Assembly (NCBI GenBank): GCA_963710755.1
Contig: CAVQBK010000003.1
Location: 288,001 to 352,000, forward strand
Source of the DNA: an uncultured bacterium
GTDB taxonomy: Bacteria; Oederibacteriota; JAAXVQ01; JAUVAV01
Direction: 5' to 3'
DNA: 64,000 nucleotides
Below, one piece after another: positions 54,957 through 64,000 of the stretch; position 1 is the first letter of the stretch, and each line of letters starts with the position of its first letter. The notes beneath the pieces were generated by a model. The model had not been told where the DNA came from. It saw only the letters and a list, made by a program, of their open reading frames with translations, and searched no databases. Made by a program: the position numbers and the translations under genes.

Positions 54957-57900
54957 ATGATAGAAAAAATCATTGAGTACAGCATCAGAAATAAATATAT
55001 CATTTTCCTGTTTGCCTCCCTGGCGGTCCTCTGGGGCATGTACAGTCTGACCCATGTTGCCCTCGATGCCATTCCGGATCTTTCCGACACCCAGGTGATC
55101 ATCTTCACCCAATGGCCGGGCCGTAGTCCTGACCTGGTGGAAGATCAGGTCAGTTATCCCATCATCAGCAACCTGTTGGCTGCACCGAAGGTTAAAACGG
55201 TGCGCGGCTACTCCATGTTTGGCATGTCCTTTGTCTATGTGCTTTTTGACGACAACACCAATATTTATTGGGCCCGCAGCCGCATTCTGGAATACCTCGA
55301 TAAAATCCGAGCCCAATTGCCGGAAGGGGTGGTGCCCACCCTGGGGCCCGATGCTACGGGCGTAGGATGGATCTATCAATATGTGCTTGATGATGAGAGC
55401 GGCAAGCACAATTTGGCTGATCTGCGTAGCTTTCAGGATTGGCATCTGCGTTATTGGCTGGAGTCGGTAGAAGGCGTGGCGGAAGTAGCCTCCATCGGTG
55501 GGTTTGAAAAGCAATATCAGATCACCATCGATCCGGACAAGCTGCAAGCTTACCATTTAAGTCTGAAACAGATCATTAGCCGTATCCGGCAGAACAACAA
55601 TGATGTGGGCGGCCAGGTGTTGGAAATGAGCGGTCATGAGTATTTTATTCGTGGCCGCGGCTATATCAAAAAAATGGAAGATATCCGGGCCATCAACCTG
55701 GGCGCTGATGCCCAAGGCACACCTATTTTATTGAAAGACGTGGCCCATGTGGCTGTTGGTCCGGTCAGCCGACGCGGAGCTGCTGATTACAATGGCAAAG
55801 GCGAAGCCGTGGGCGGTATTGTGGTGATGCGTTTTGGAGAAAACGCCCTGCGGGTCATCGAACGCGTCAAGGCCAAACTCAAGGACATTGCAGGCTCCCT
55901 ACCCCAGGGTGTCAAAATCAAAACCGTTTACGACCGCTCCGGTATTATTAAACAGTCCATGGCCACCCTCACCCGAACCCTGGTGGAAGAAGGCATCGTG
56001 GTGGCACTTATCATTTTTATCTTTTTGCTGCAATGGCGCGCTTCCCTAGTGGCGGTGCTCACCCTGCCGGTGGCGGTGCTCATTGCCTTCATACCCATGT
56101 ATTACATGGGTATTTCCTCCAATATCATGAGTCTGGGCGGTATTGCCATTGCCATTGGCGCCATGGTGGACGCGGCCATTGTCATTGTGGAAAATGTGAC
56201 CAAAAAAATGGAACGCTATCAGGAGTCGGGCAAGTCCAAACTGGAGATTCTGATGGAAGCCACCAAGGAAGTAGGCAAACCCATTTTCTTCTCTTTGCTG
56301 GTGATCACTGTTTCCTTCCTCCCCATCTTCAGTCTGGAAGCTCAGGAAGGCAAATTGTTCAAACCCCTGGCCTTTACCAAGAGTTTTGCCATGTTTTTTG
56401 CCGCGTTGGTTTCCATCACCCTGGCCCCGGCCCTGCTGACCCTTTTTAAAATGCCACGGGTCAAGCCGGAAGAAGCCAATCCCATCAACAGGGGACTTAT
56501 CCGTATTTACCTGCCCGTGGTACGGACGGTGCTTAAATATCGCAAAATAACCTTGGTGGTAGCTTTGGGTTCAGTCCTGCTTGCCGTGCCGCTTATGTTC
56601 AGATTGGGATCGGAATTCATGCCGCCCCTCAATGAGGGCAGTATCTTGTATATGCCCACCACGTTGCCCGGGATCGCCATTGACCAAGCCAAGGCGATAT
56701 TGCAAAAACAGGACAAGATCATCAAGTCCTTCCCGGAGGTGGCCAGTGTGTTCGGCAAGGTGGGGCGCGCTGAGACGGCTACGGATCCCGCGCCTCTGTC
56801 CATGGTGGAGACCACGGTTATGCTCAAAGATAAAAAAGACTGGCCCCACGGCATGACGTGGAAAAAACTAATTGCCCAGCTCGACCGCAAAATGCAATTT
56901 CCCGGATGGACCAATGCCTGGACCATGCCCATCAAAGGCAGAATTGACATGCTGACCACGGGGATTCGTACACCGGTAGGGATTAAAATTATGGGCCCCG
57001 ATCTAGGCACCATAGAAAAAATCGGAACGGCGCTGGAGCATACATTGCACACGGTTAAAGGCACGCGCAGCGTCTATGCCGAGCGGGTCACGGGTGGGTA
57101 CTTCGTGGATATCGTCCCCAGGCGTCCGGCGCTGGCCCATTACGGATTAACCATTGATGATGTGGGGCACGTCATCGAAACGGCCATTGGCGGTATGCCC
57201 ATCGGCACCACCGTGGAGGGGCCGGAGCGCTACACCATCAATGTCCGCTATGCTCGTGACTTTCGCAACAATGTGGCCCAATTAAGAAGGGTCTTGGTGT
57301 CCACGCCTTCGGGCGCCAATATTCCCTTGGAAGAAGTAGCCGACATTTCTGTGTCCACCGGTCCGCCGGTAATCAAAAATGAAAACGGGTCCATCTCGGG
57401 ATGGGTTTATGTGGACCTTGAGGGGAACCAGGATGTGGGCAGTTATGTGGCGGCCGCCAAACAAAAAGTGGCGCAGGAGGTTACCCTGCCCGCCGGTTAT
57501 ATCCTTAATTGGACTGGACAATATGAGTTCATGCAGCGGGTCAGCAAACGGTTGCGACTGGTTATACCACTTACCCTTTTGGCGGTGTTTCTGCTCATCT
57601 ATTTCAATTTTAAATCGTTTTCCGAAACCTTCATTATCATGGCCTCCCTCCCCTTTGCTCTGATTGGCAGCGTGGTCATGCTCAATGTGCTGGGATATAA
57701 TATGAGCGTGGCGGTCTGGATCGGCATGATCGCCCTGATCGGTGTGGCGGCCGAAACGGGCATTGTCATGTTGGTTTATTTGGATGAAAGTTACGAACGC
57801 CATCGTCAGGAAGGCCGTTTAACCAACCGTGGCGATTTGTTTGCCGCGGTGATTGAGGGCTCGGTCATGCGGGTGCGCCCCAAAGTCATGACCGTGGCCA

Positions 57901-58115
57901 CTACGATTATCGGGCTGCTGCCGTTGATGTGGAGCACGGGCCAGGGCGCGGATGTCATGAAACGTATAGCAGCGCCCATGGTAGGCGGTTTGATTTCTTC
58001 CATGCTTCTGACGCTCTTGATCATTCCTGCGGTTTACAGTCTTTGGAAAGAACGAACAATGCCACCTCCAGTCCCGGTTAAAAGTAAAAGCAAAAGCCAA
58101 AAAAAAGGAGCGTAA
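54957..58115 (+). CDS. cusA: CusA/SilA-type heavy-metal RND efflux pump
   Basis: LDAIPDLSD.QVI, GPDATGVGW, GAMVDAA, PAPLSM.ET, MPIKGRIDML, GVAAETG. Confidence 0.96.
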   Translation: MIEKIIEYSIRNKYIIFLFASLAVLWGMYSLTHVALDAIPDLSDTQVIIFTQWPGRSPDLVEDQVSYPIISNLLAAPKVKTVRGYSMFGMSFVYVLFDDNTNIYWARSRILEYLDKIRAQLPEGVVPTLGPDATGVGWIYQYVLDDESGKHNLADLRSFQDWHLRYWLESVEGVAEVASIGGFEKQYQITIDPDKLQAYHLSLKQIISRIRQNNNDVGGQVLEMSGHEYFIRGRGYIKKMEDIRAINLGADAQGTPILLKDVAHVAVGPVSRRGAADYNGKGEAVGGIVVMRFGENALRVIERVKAKLKDIAGSLPQGVKIKTVYDRSGIIKQSMATLTRTLVEEGIVVALIIFIFLLQWRASLVAVLTLPVAVLIAFIPMYYMGISSNIMSLGGIAIAIGAMVDAAIVIVENVTKKMERYQESGKSKLEILMEATKEVGKPIFFSLLVITVSFLPIFSLEAQEGKLFKPLAFTKSFAMFFAALVSITLAPALLTLFKMPRVKPEEANPINRGLIRIYLPVVRTVLKYRKITLVVALGSVLLAVPLMFRLGSEFMPPLNEGSILYMPTTLPGIAIDQAKAILQKQDKIIKSFPEVASVFGKVGRAETATDPAPLSMVETTVMLKDKKDWPHGMTWKKLIAQLDRKMQFPGWTNAWTMPIKGRIDMLTTGIRTPVGIKIMGPDLGTIEKIGTALEHTLHTVKGTRSVYAERVTGGYFVDIVPRRPALAHYGLTIDDVGHVIETAIGGMPIGTTVEGPERYTINVRYARDFRNNVAQLRRVLVSTPSGANIPLEEVADISVSTGPPVIKNENGSISGWVYVDLEGNQDVGSYVAAAKQKVAQEVTLPAGYILNWTGQYEFMQRVSKRLRLVIPLTLLAVFLLIYFNFKSFSETFIIMASLPFALIGSVVMLNVLGYNMSVAVWIGMIALIGVAAETGIVMLVYLDESYERHRQEGRLTNRGDLFAAVIEGSVMRVRPKVMTVATTIIGLLPLMWSTGQGADVMKRIAAPMVGGLISSMLLTLLIIPAVYSLWKERTMPPPVPVKSKSKSQKKGA

Positions 58116-58120
58116 AAAAA

Positions 58121-58600
58121 ATGAACACAGATAAAGGCAGGAGGAATTGGTTGCCCTTTGGAATGATGTTATTCATGGCGGCCGGCCTGGCCGGCCTGGC
58201 CTATGCCCAGACCATGGTTGGGCAGAGCCATCAGGGCCATACGGCTATGGCGGCTTCCAGCCAGGGCAGTGATGCTGATTTGCAACGCTATTACGAAACT
58301 TCACCGTTGCAGGTCCCCGGCGCAAGTATCACCCTGAAAAACAGCAAAGATGGCGTGGTAATTAGGGTGAGCAGCAAGGATAGACAAACAGCCCAGACCA
58401 TTCGGCAGCAAGCCAAGGCGTTTATAATGGAAAAAAATAAAATTGATAATGAAACGACCACCTGTCCGGTTATGGGGACAAGTCTGAAAAAGGGAGAAGC
58501 TTATAATACTGCGGTTTATGAGGGTAAAATTTATTATTTTTGCTGCGGTGCTTGTAAACCGGATTTCTTAAAAAATCCTGAGAACTACGTGAAACATTAA
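58121..58600 (+). CDS. Exported YHS-domain metal-binding protein
   Basis: Signal peptide; CPVMG..YEGKIYYFCCGACKPDF..NP..Y. Confidence 0.88.
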   Translation: MNTDKGRRNWLPFGMMLFMAAGLAGLAYAQTMVGQSHQGHTAMAASSQGSDADLQRYYETSPLQVPGASITLKNSKDGVVIRVSSKDRQTAQTIRQQAKAFIMEKNKIDNETTTCPVMGTSLKKGEAYNTAVYEGKIYYFCCGACKPDFLKNPENYVKH

Positions 58601-58607
58601 TAAAACC

Positions 58608-58646
58608 GGGAAAGGTCGAGTGATTTGTCGCTCGACCTTTCCCTTT
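58608..58646 (+). terminator. Intrinsic terminator of the cus operon (possibly bidirectional)
   Basis: GGGAAAGGTCGAGTGA-TTTG-TCGCTCGACCTTTCCC-TTT. Confidence 0.85.
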
Positions 58647-58924
58647 CATCAGCCCTCAGCTGCATTCGGGCACCTTTTCACGACGTTTTGATTTTTTATC
58701 TTTCATAGGAGACACCTCCCCTGCCTGATGTTAACTGGTCCACTATTACAGTCATTAGACATGTCCTAAGTCGAATAGTTCCTTAATCTCTAATTGGGGC
58801 AACCAACGAGATATGCAATGACTTGACGAATTGAAATGAGGGGATCAATATAAGGTCAGCATGGGTACAACCGGGCACACAAGGCCGGGAAGTCAAGTCC
58901 AATAAGGCCAGGGAGGTGGAGTTC

Positions 58925-59308
58925 ATGTTACTAAAAGTGATCATCGAAAAACCTTTGCAGGAAAGTGTTGCAGCCTTTGAAACCGCCATTAGCCGCCGGG
59001 GGTTTGGCGTGGTGGGGAAATTTGATTTTCAAAAAACCATGGCTCAAAAAGGCGTCGTCTTTAGTCATGCCTGCGTAGTGGTGGAAGTCTGTAATCCCCA
59101 GAAAGCCAAAGTGGTTCTGGAAAAGAACATGAGTATCGCCACAGCCTTGCCTTGCCGGGTAGCGTTCTATGAACAAGAAGGTCAAACGGTCATTGCCACC
59201 ATGACCCCCACGGCGATTCTGGACCTGTTTAACGAACCGGACCTTAATCCTGTGGCGCAGGAAATTGAAGATGTGATCAAGCAAGCCATGCTTGACTGTA
59301 AAAAATAA
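58925..59308 (+). CDS. DUF302 domain protein
   Basis: GFGV..FD, VCNP..A, ALPCRV; RBS GGAGG. Confidence 0.88.
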   Translation: MLLKVIIEKPLQESVAAFETAISRRGFGVVGKFDFQKTMAQKGVVFSHACVVVEVCNPQKAKVVLEKNMSIATALPCRVAFYEQEGQTVIATMTPTAILDLFNEPDLNPVAQEIEDVIKQAMLDCKK

Positions 59309-59322
59309 GAGATGAGGATATT

Positions 59323-59679
59323 ATGAACGACAAAAAACAGAACCTGCCTCCGTTGGCTGGTAAGGTCAAGGATGCAGCAGCTATGGTGGCTTATCAGGAA
59401 GGGGCGGTGGTGAGCCGTACCCTGATCGATCAACAGGTGGGCACCATTACTTTGTTTGCCTTTAGTCAGGATCAGGGCCTAAGTGAACATATCTCGCCTT
59501 ATGATGCCTTTGTTTATGTATTGGAGGGAAAAGGCTGCATTGCTATTGCCCAGGAAGAGCAGGATGTGAAAAAAGGGGAGTTTCTTATCATGCCGGCCGG
59601 TGTTCCTCATGCATTGCGCGCTCGGGAACCTTTTAAAATGATGCTGGTTATGATCAGACCTAAACGGGAGACGTCGTGA
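59323..59679 (+). CDS. Cupin-domain protein
   Basis: YQEGAVVSRTL, TLFAF..QGLSEH..P.DA, MPAGVPHAL. Confidence 0.9.
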   Translation: MNDKKQNLPPLAGKVKDAAAMVAYQEGAVVSRTLIDQQVGTITLFAFSQDQGLSEHISPYDAFVYVLEGKGCIAIAQEEQDVKKGEFLIMPAGVPHALRAREPFKMMLVMIRPKRETS

Positions 59680-59721
59680 GTCTGCGGCCGGACACAAAAG
59701 GCCGAAAAGAAGAGAAGGCGG

Positions 59722-59907
59722 TCAGTTTAATTGATCGGCGGCCTCGGCTATTTCCGCGGGATAGCGGATGATCATTTCCTTTAAAACCGAACGATGATCA
59801 TCATCACCAAGCAAACGGTGAGCTGCGGCTGCACAAATGGGGCATTGTCCCGGGTGAATACCTATGATGGCATGACCGCATTCCTGACATATGTAATATG
59901 GTTTCAT
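59722..59907 (-). CDS. Small rubredoxin-like (CxxC..CPxC) protein
   Basis: YICQECGH..PGQCPIC; RBS AAGGAG. Confidence 0.7.
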   Translation of the reverse strand: MKPYYICQECGHAIIGIHPGQCPICAAAAHRLLGDDDHRSVLKEMIIRYPAEIAEAADQLN

Positions 59908-60134
59908 GAGCGCACTCCTTTCACTGCCTGAGGTATAGTTTGACGAACTGCTATCTCCGTTATCGGTAAAATCATCTTGGAACTAAAGCATCTTATCATT
60001 TTGACTCTGGCATTAACCCCGGAGGTGATCTTGCTCAGCGAGCAGCGTCTCTTGTATCTTGCCGGGATTAGGCCAATCAGGGTCTAACCATTGTTCGGCA
60101 AGACAAAGCAAGCGAGACCAAGGGGGAGGACGTC

Positions 60135-60605
60135 ATGAATAAACTTGCGATGGGAGTGGGTGGAACAATTCTACTGCTGGTGATGGGATGCAGCGGTCAG
60201 CGCCCCCTTAATTTAGGGGTAACCAACGGCTTGCTGGCACCTTGCCCGGCATCGCCCAATTGTGTTTCCAGTGAGAGTCATGATCAGGAACATTTTAGCG
60301 CGCCGCTGGAAGTGCAACACGATCCACGAACAGCCATAAGACGCTTGGCCAACCTCATTAAACACCTGCCCCGTACCACGGTCGTGAAAATGACAGATCG
60401 CTATTTATATGTTGAATTCCGCTCGCGGCTGTGGGGGTTTGTCGATGATGTAGAATTTTATTTGGCCCCTGGTTCCAATCTTATTCAAGTGCGCTCCGCT
60501 TCCAGGCTTGGCTATGGAGATTTCGGCGTCAACCGCAAGCGCATTGAAAAAATCCGGCGTCTGTGGCAAACTGCACAAAACCAAACAAGTCCTGAAGGTC
60601 AATGA
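60135..60605 (+). CDS. DUF1499 domain lipoprotein
   Basis: Lipobox-like VMGC, CPASPNCVSS, GFVDDVEF, RSASRLG..DFGVNRKR. Confidence 0.92.
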   Translation: MNKLAMGVGGTILLLVMGCSGQRPLNLGVTNGLLAPCPASPNCVSSESHDQEHFSAPLEVQHDPRTAIRRLANLIKHLPRTTVVKMTDRYLYVEFRSRLWGFVDDVEFYLAPGSNLIQVRSASRLGYGDFGVNRKRIEKIRRLWQTAQNQTSPEGQ

Positions 60606-60675
60606 GACATGGTTTTTGTTTGCCCTGTCCAGGTACAATACCCCTATCCCATAATATAAAGGCGGAAGGTCGCAC

Positions 60676-61665
60676 GTGCAGTATAAAAGTTTTATAACTC
60701 ATCAAAAGACGTTCTTGTCCGAGCCCGCTTTGCCCTCATCGTGGCGGCTGTTAATGACGGGTATAACCTCCATTCATGGGTGGCCTATTTATCAACGGTT
60801 GCACGCGTTGTTGCCGGCCCATCAGTTGCTGGCCATACGTCCGCCCCAGATGTCCCGGCCGGAAGCGGAGAATGTGAGGGGGGTATGCATGCTTGATGAA
60901 ACGGGCTTGCGCGAAATTGCGAGACACTTCAAGCCTACTCACGTCCTGCATGCGGCCGGTGTATGTGATCTCGATGCTTGTGAAGCCCGTCCGGATTGGG
61001 CGCGCGGGCTTAACCAGGGCGGGGCCAGGGAAATGATGAAGCTCTTTGGGACTGATGCTTATATCATGTTTTTAAGCACCGATTTGGTGTTCTCCGGGAA
61101 CCAGCCGCCATCACGCGGGTATGCCGAACACCATACACCGGATCCCATCAGCGTGGTGGGTAAAACGTTTTTAGCAGCAGAGCAGGAAATCACTAAATCT
61201 TTACACCATTGTATTCTTCGCTTGGCGCTGCCGGTAGGCGCATCTCTTACCGGCAACAAGGGCGCTGTGGATTTCATAGAAGACCGGTTTAAACGTCATC
61301 TGCCCATGACGCTGTTCCACGACGAAATTCGCAGTTGCGTGACTTGCGATGACTTGACGGAGATGGTGCTCCATTTACTGGCCCGGGAAGCCACGGGGTA
61401 TTTTCATTTAGGCGGGCAAAAAGGGGTAAGCCTGTATGAGCTGGGAGAGAGGATCATTGAGAAAGGTAACTATCCGGCAGCTTTGTTAAAGCGTTTATCA
61501 CGTCATCAGGAAATTGCGGGGCCGCCTCGCATCGGCAATGTTCATTTAAACACGGACAAAGCGGCGGCATGGTTTGAACAGGTTTGTTTGGGCCGATTAA
61601 ACAGGGGACAAGTTGAAGATCAGCAAGGACCGGTAAAAACTATTTGCGAACCAAACCGAGTTTAA
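60676..61665 (+). CDS. RmlD-like extended SDR / sugar-nucleotide-binding protein with degenerate catalytic motif
   Basis: HAAGVCD.D.CE..P..A..LN, LSTDLVFSG, LFHDEIRS; expected YxxxK reads VGKTF. Confidence 0.8.
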   Translation: MQYKSFITHQKTFLSEPALPSSWRLLMTGITSIHGWPIYQRLHALLPAHQLLAIRPPQMSRPEAENVRGVCMLDETGLREIARHFKPTHVLHAAGVCDLDACEARPDWARGLNQGGAREMMKLFGTDAYIMFLSTDLVFSGNQPPSRGYAEHHTPDPISVVGKTFLAAEQEITKSLHHCILRLALPVGASLTGNKGAVDFIEDRFKRHLPMTLFHDEIRSCVTCDDLTEMVLHLLAREATGYFHLGGQKGVSLYELGERIIEKGNYPAALLKRLSRHQEIAGPPRIGNVHLNTDKAAAWFEQVCLGRLNRGQVEDQQGPVKTICEPNRV

Positions 61666-62032
61666 GCATTTCATCGAGCAATTTGTCTTCGTCAAAAGGT
61701 TTGACGATATAGCCATCCGCTTGTTCCCGGAAGGCATTAAGCACATGATTGGCATCGTTGAAGGCGGTTAGCATGATGATTTTCAAGCTGTCCTGGATAG
61801 ACCGGGTCTTCTCTAGGGCACGAATTTCCCTCAAGGTGGAGATGCCGTCCTTGTCGGGCATCATAATGTCCAAAAAGACCACATCAAAAGGCTTGCGCCC
61901 GTTCCAGCGATCCTGAACCGCATTGATGGCCAAGTCACCGCCCAGTACATAATCACATTCTCCATAGGGGGCCAGTACCCGGCAGGCTAATTTGCAAATT
62001 TCCTCGTTGTCATCCACCACTAAAACACGCAT
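61640..62032 (-). CDS. CheY-like single-domain response regulator
   Basis: VLVVDD, FLDIMMP..DG, IMLTA, YIVKP; RBS AAGGAG. Confidence 0.92.
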   Translation of the reverse strand: MRVLVVDDNEEICKLACRVLAPYGECDYVLGGDLAINAVQDRWNGRKPFDVVFLDIMMPDKDGISTLREIRALEKTRSIQDSLKIIMLTAFNDANHVLNAFREQADGYIVKPFDEDKLLDEMLKLGLVRK

Positions 62033-62187
62033 GGCCGGCTCCTTCAAATAAGTTGATCATGATGCAGGAAGTATCGGAATATTTTATAAAAAAATTAATT
62101 TCCCAAGGTCAAAAGAACCGATAAAATAATCGTCCTCCTGACTCGAAAGGGTCACAAATCATGAGGACAGTGATGGAGGCATTGCTT

Positions 62188-62409
62188 ATGCAGATAAAGC
62201 CGCTAGTGTTCGTCAATACACTTCTGGTGTTCAGCATGCCGCTCCAGATTCTTACCGGCTTGCTTATGAGCACGTGGGACCTGGAATGGGCGCACGAAGT
62301 CCACGAAATTAACGGGCCGTTACTGGCGGTGCTCTTTGTGGGCCATATAATATTTAATTGGGGATGGATTAAAAATAATTTTTTCAAGCTGAAGAAAAAG
62401 ACCTTTTGA
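62188..62409 (+). CDS. Small two-TM His-containing membrane protein (DUF4405-like)
   Basis: LTG..HEVHE..G..GHIIFNWGWIK; RBS GGAGG. Confidence 0.65.
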   Translation: MQIKPLVFVNTLLVFSMPLQILTGLLMSTWDLEWAHEVHEINGPLLAVLFVGHIIFNWGWIKNNFFKLKKKTF

Positions 62410-62424
62410 GTTCAGTTCAGGGGC

Positions 62425-63999
62425 TCAGAGATTTCTTTCATCCCTGGAGTCCACCCGCTTTTGCGGCTGCCCGGAAACCAGCATTAGGGGAATAAACAGC
62501 CAGCCTTTGGGCTGTTTGGGCAGATCGGCAATGGCCTTTAAGATATTTTTATCCTGCGATTGCCAGAGGTTTTTTTCTTTGAGCAGGCGCACATTGACGT
62601 CAATTAAGAGTTCGGCCAACGACTCCATGGCCACTAGCGCCGAGGAGAGGGGCAGGATTTCCATCAAGGGGTCCCGGAAATGCAGTTGGGCCATGTAATC
62701 GAGCAATTGGTGACCCATAAAAGGTTTTTCATACAAGAAATCCTGGGCCTGGGCAATGCGTGCCAGAAAATCCTTGAATCCCCGCGGCTCGGGATAAATC
62801 AACATGTCCTGAATATCCACATCCATGATCACCACCTTGCCTCCCGATTTGGTGACCCGCTTGATTTCCTGTAACACCTCAAAAGGCGTCCCGCCATGTT
62901 GAAACAAAAACCGCGCATAGACAAAATCCACGCTACTGTTGGGTAAAGGAATGTTATCCGCCGTACCATCCAGCCATTGACAATGGGCGCCCGGTTCTGA
63001 GGCCATGATCAATTTTTCCGCTCGCTTGCGCAAAAAAGGGTCCGGCTCCAAGCCTATTATCTGGCTGTGGGGAAAATGCCGGGCCAAAAGCTGAGTTGTC
63101 AGTCCCAGCCCCGCATGCAAGTCCAACATCGTCTTGTGATCCTCAAATCCCAATTTTAATAAGCGGTTGACTTCTATGGTCTGCCCCAGACTATGCCGGC
63201 GAAGCAGGTGCTCCAACCCTTTTTTGGGGATTTTTTCTTCCCCTGGGTCTTCATCTGTCTCGCCCGGAACTTGAGGAGCAATAAATTCGTTGCTCAGTAC
63301 TCGGTCCAGATGGCGGGAATGTTCCATCAAATGACGCTCGTATTTAAGCTGCTGTTGCTGGGTGAGACGATGCAACCCTTCCAGAAGCTGCAGCGCCAAA
63401 GCCGGTTGTTTATGTTTTAATTTATCCAGTAGCAACGGCGGGATGAACATGATTTTGCTGGCCGTCTTGAAAATCGCGGACACGGCCATGGAGGGCCGTT
63501 CCGATTGCCCGGTGATGATGCGGGCTTCTCCGGCCCTTAAGGACGTAAATGGTTGAGCACCGGCCTGGGCGGAAGTTTTTAATTCCAGGGTTCCTTCCAG
63601 CATAACAAAGGAAAAGGTTTCCACTTCCTGGGGTGTGATCAACCTATCGCCGGGATAGAATTGAGCCACTAGAAAATGATGCAAAATAGATTTTAAATCA
63701 GCGGTATTCATGTCAGGGAAAAGGTTCAATTGTTTCACGCTGTTCATATGACGGTCGGCAAAAGGATAAGGCTGCCAAAAGGTAAAGGTTTCCCGGAGAC
63801 GATCTTCAAGAGGATCATAGGGCTTGCTGCACAGATGCCGAAAGGGACTGTTAACATGGTTTAAAAAAACATGGTCCTTGATGGGCAAGCATAAAGGCAG
63901 ATGGAGCCCTTCCTGGCCGGCCAGGCGCACGGGATTGCGGTAAGGCCGGTACCCCAATGCCAGCAAGCCTCCGGAGGCAGCCAGAGGCGCCAAACACAA
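62425..63999 (-). CDS. Multidomain protein: partial GNAT/FeeM-like segment + cNMP-binding-like domain + class I SAM methyltransferase; probably truncated by the window edge
   Basis: LGYRPY..LPL..DH.FL..VNSPF; LF..L....FYPGDRL..MLEG.L; LDLHAGLG, LPNSSVDFVYARFLFQH, KSGG. Confidence 0.75.
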   Translation of the reverse strand: MCLAPLAASGGLLALGYRPYRNPVRLAGQEGLHLPLCLPIKDHVFLNHVNSPFRHLCSKPYDPLEDRLRETFTFWQPYPFADRHMNSVKQLNLFPDMNTADLKSILHHFLVAQFYPGDRLITPQEVETFSFVMLEGTLELKTSAQAGAQPFTSLRAGEARIITGQSERPSMAVSAIFKTASKIMFIPPLLLDKLKHKQPALALQLLEGLHRLTQQQQLKYERHLMEHSRHLDRVLSNEFIAPQVPGETDEDPGEEKIPKKGLEHLLRRHSLGQTIEVNRLLKLGFEDHKTMLDLHAGLGLTTQLLARHFPHSQIIGLEPDPFLRKRAEKLIMASEPGAHCQWLDGTADNIPLPNSSVDFVYARFLFQHGGTPFEVLQEIKRVTKSGGKVVIMDVDIQDMLIYPEPRGFKDFLARIAQAQDFLYEKPFMGHQLLDYMAQLHFRDPLMEILPLSSALVAMESLAELLIDVNVRLLKEKNLWQSQDKNILKAIADLPKQPKGWLFIPLMLVSGQPQKRVDSRDERNL

Positions 64000-64000
64000 A

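Overview
Bacterial chromosomal origin region (likely diderm: it encodes a TolC/RND efflux system; the phylum cannot be assigned from sequence alone). Left part: a 14-copy 43-bp tandem array at the 3' end of a MoxR/DUF58/VWA (Bat-type) operon, TPR and CapA proteins, and a catalytically degenerate membrane histidine kinase behind gyrA. Centre: gyrA<-dnaN<-oriC<-dnaA | rpmH-rnpA-yidD-yidC-jag-mnmE-(2x parS)-rsmG-gap-recF-DUF721-gyrB-serS, a rearranged and AT-rich version of the canonical origin cluster with a Bacillus-like DnaA-trio unwinding site. Right part: six tRNA genes (all four Ser isoacceptors, Arg-ACG next to tadA, Ala-CGC), two of them followed by related 53/54-bp repeats that rebuild the local tRNA 3' end; pstSCAB, a two-component pair, fixCX, a Ni/Co ECF transporter, a CusCBA-like efflux system and small accessory genes. 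No integrase, transposase, cas gene or CRISPR array is visible. Best leads: the tRNA-anchored repeats, the 43-bp array, the pseudokinase, and the AT trough and deviant DnaA boxes around oriC/parS. Novelty of all of these is untested.
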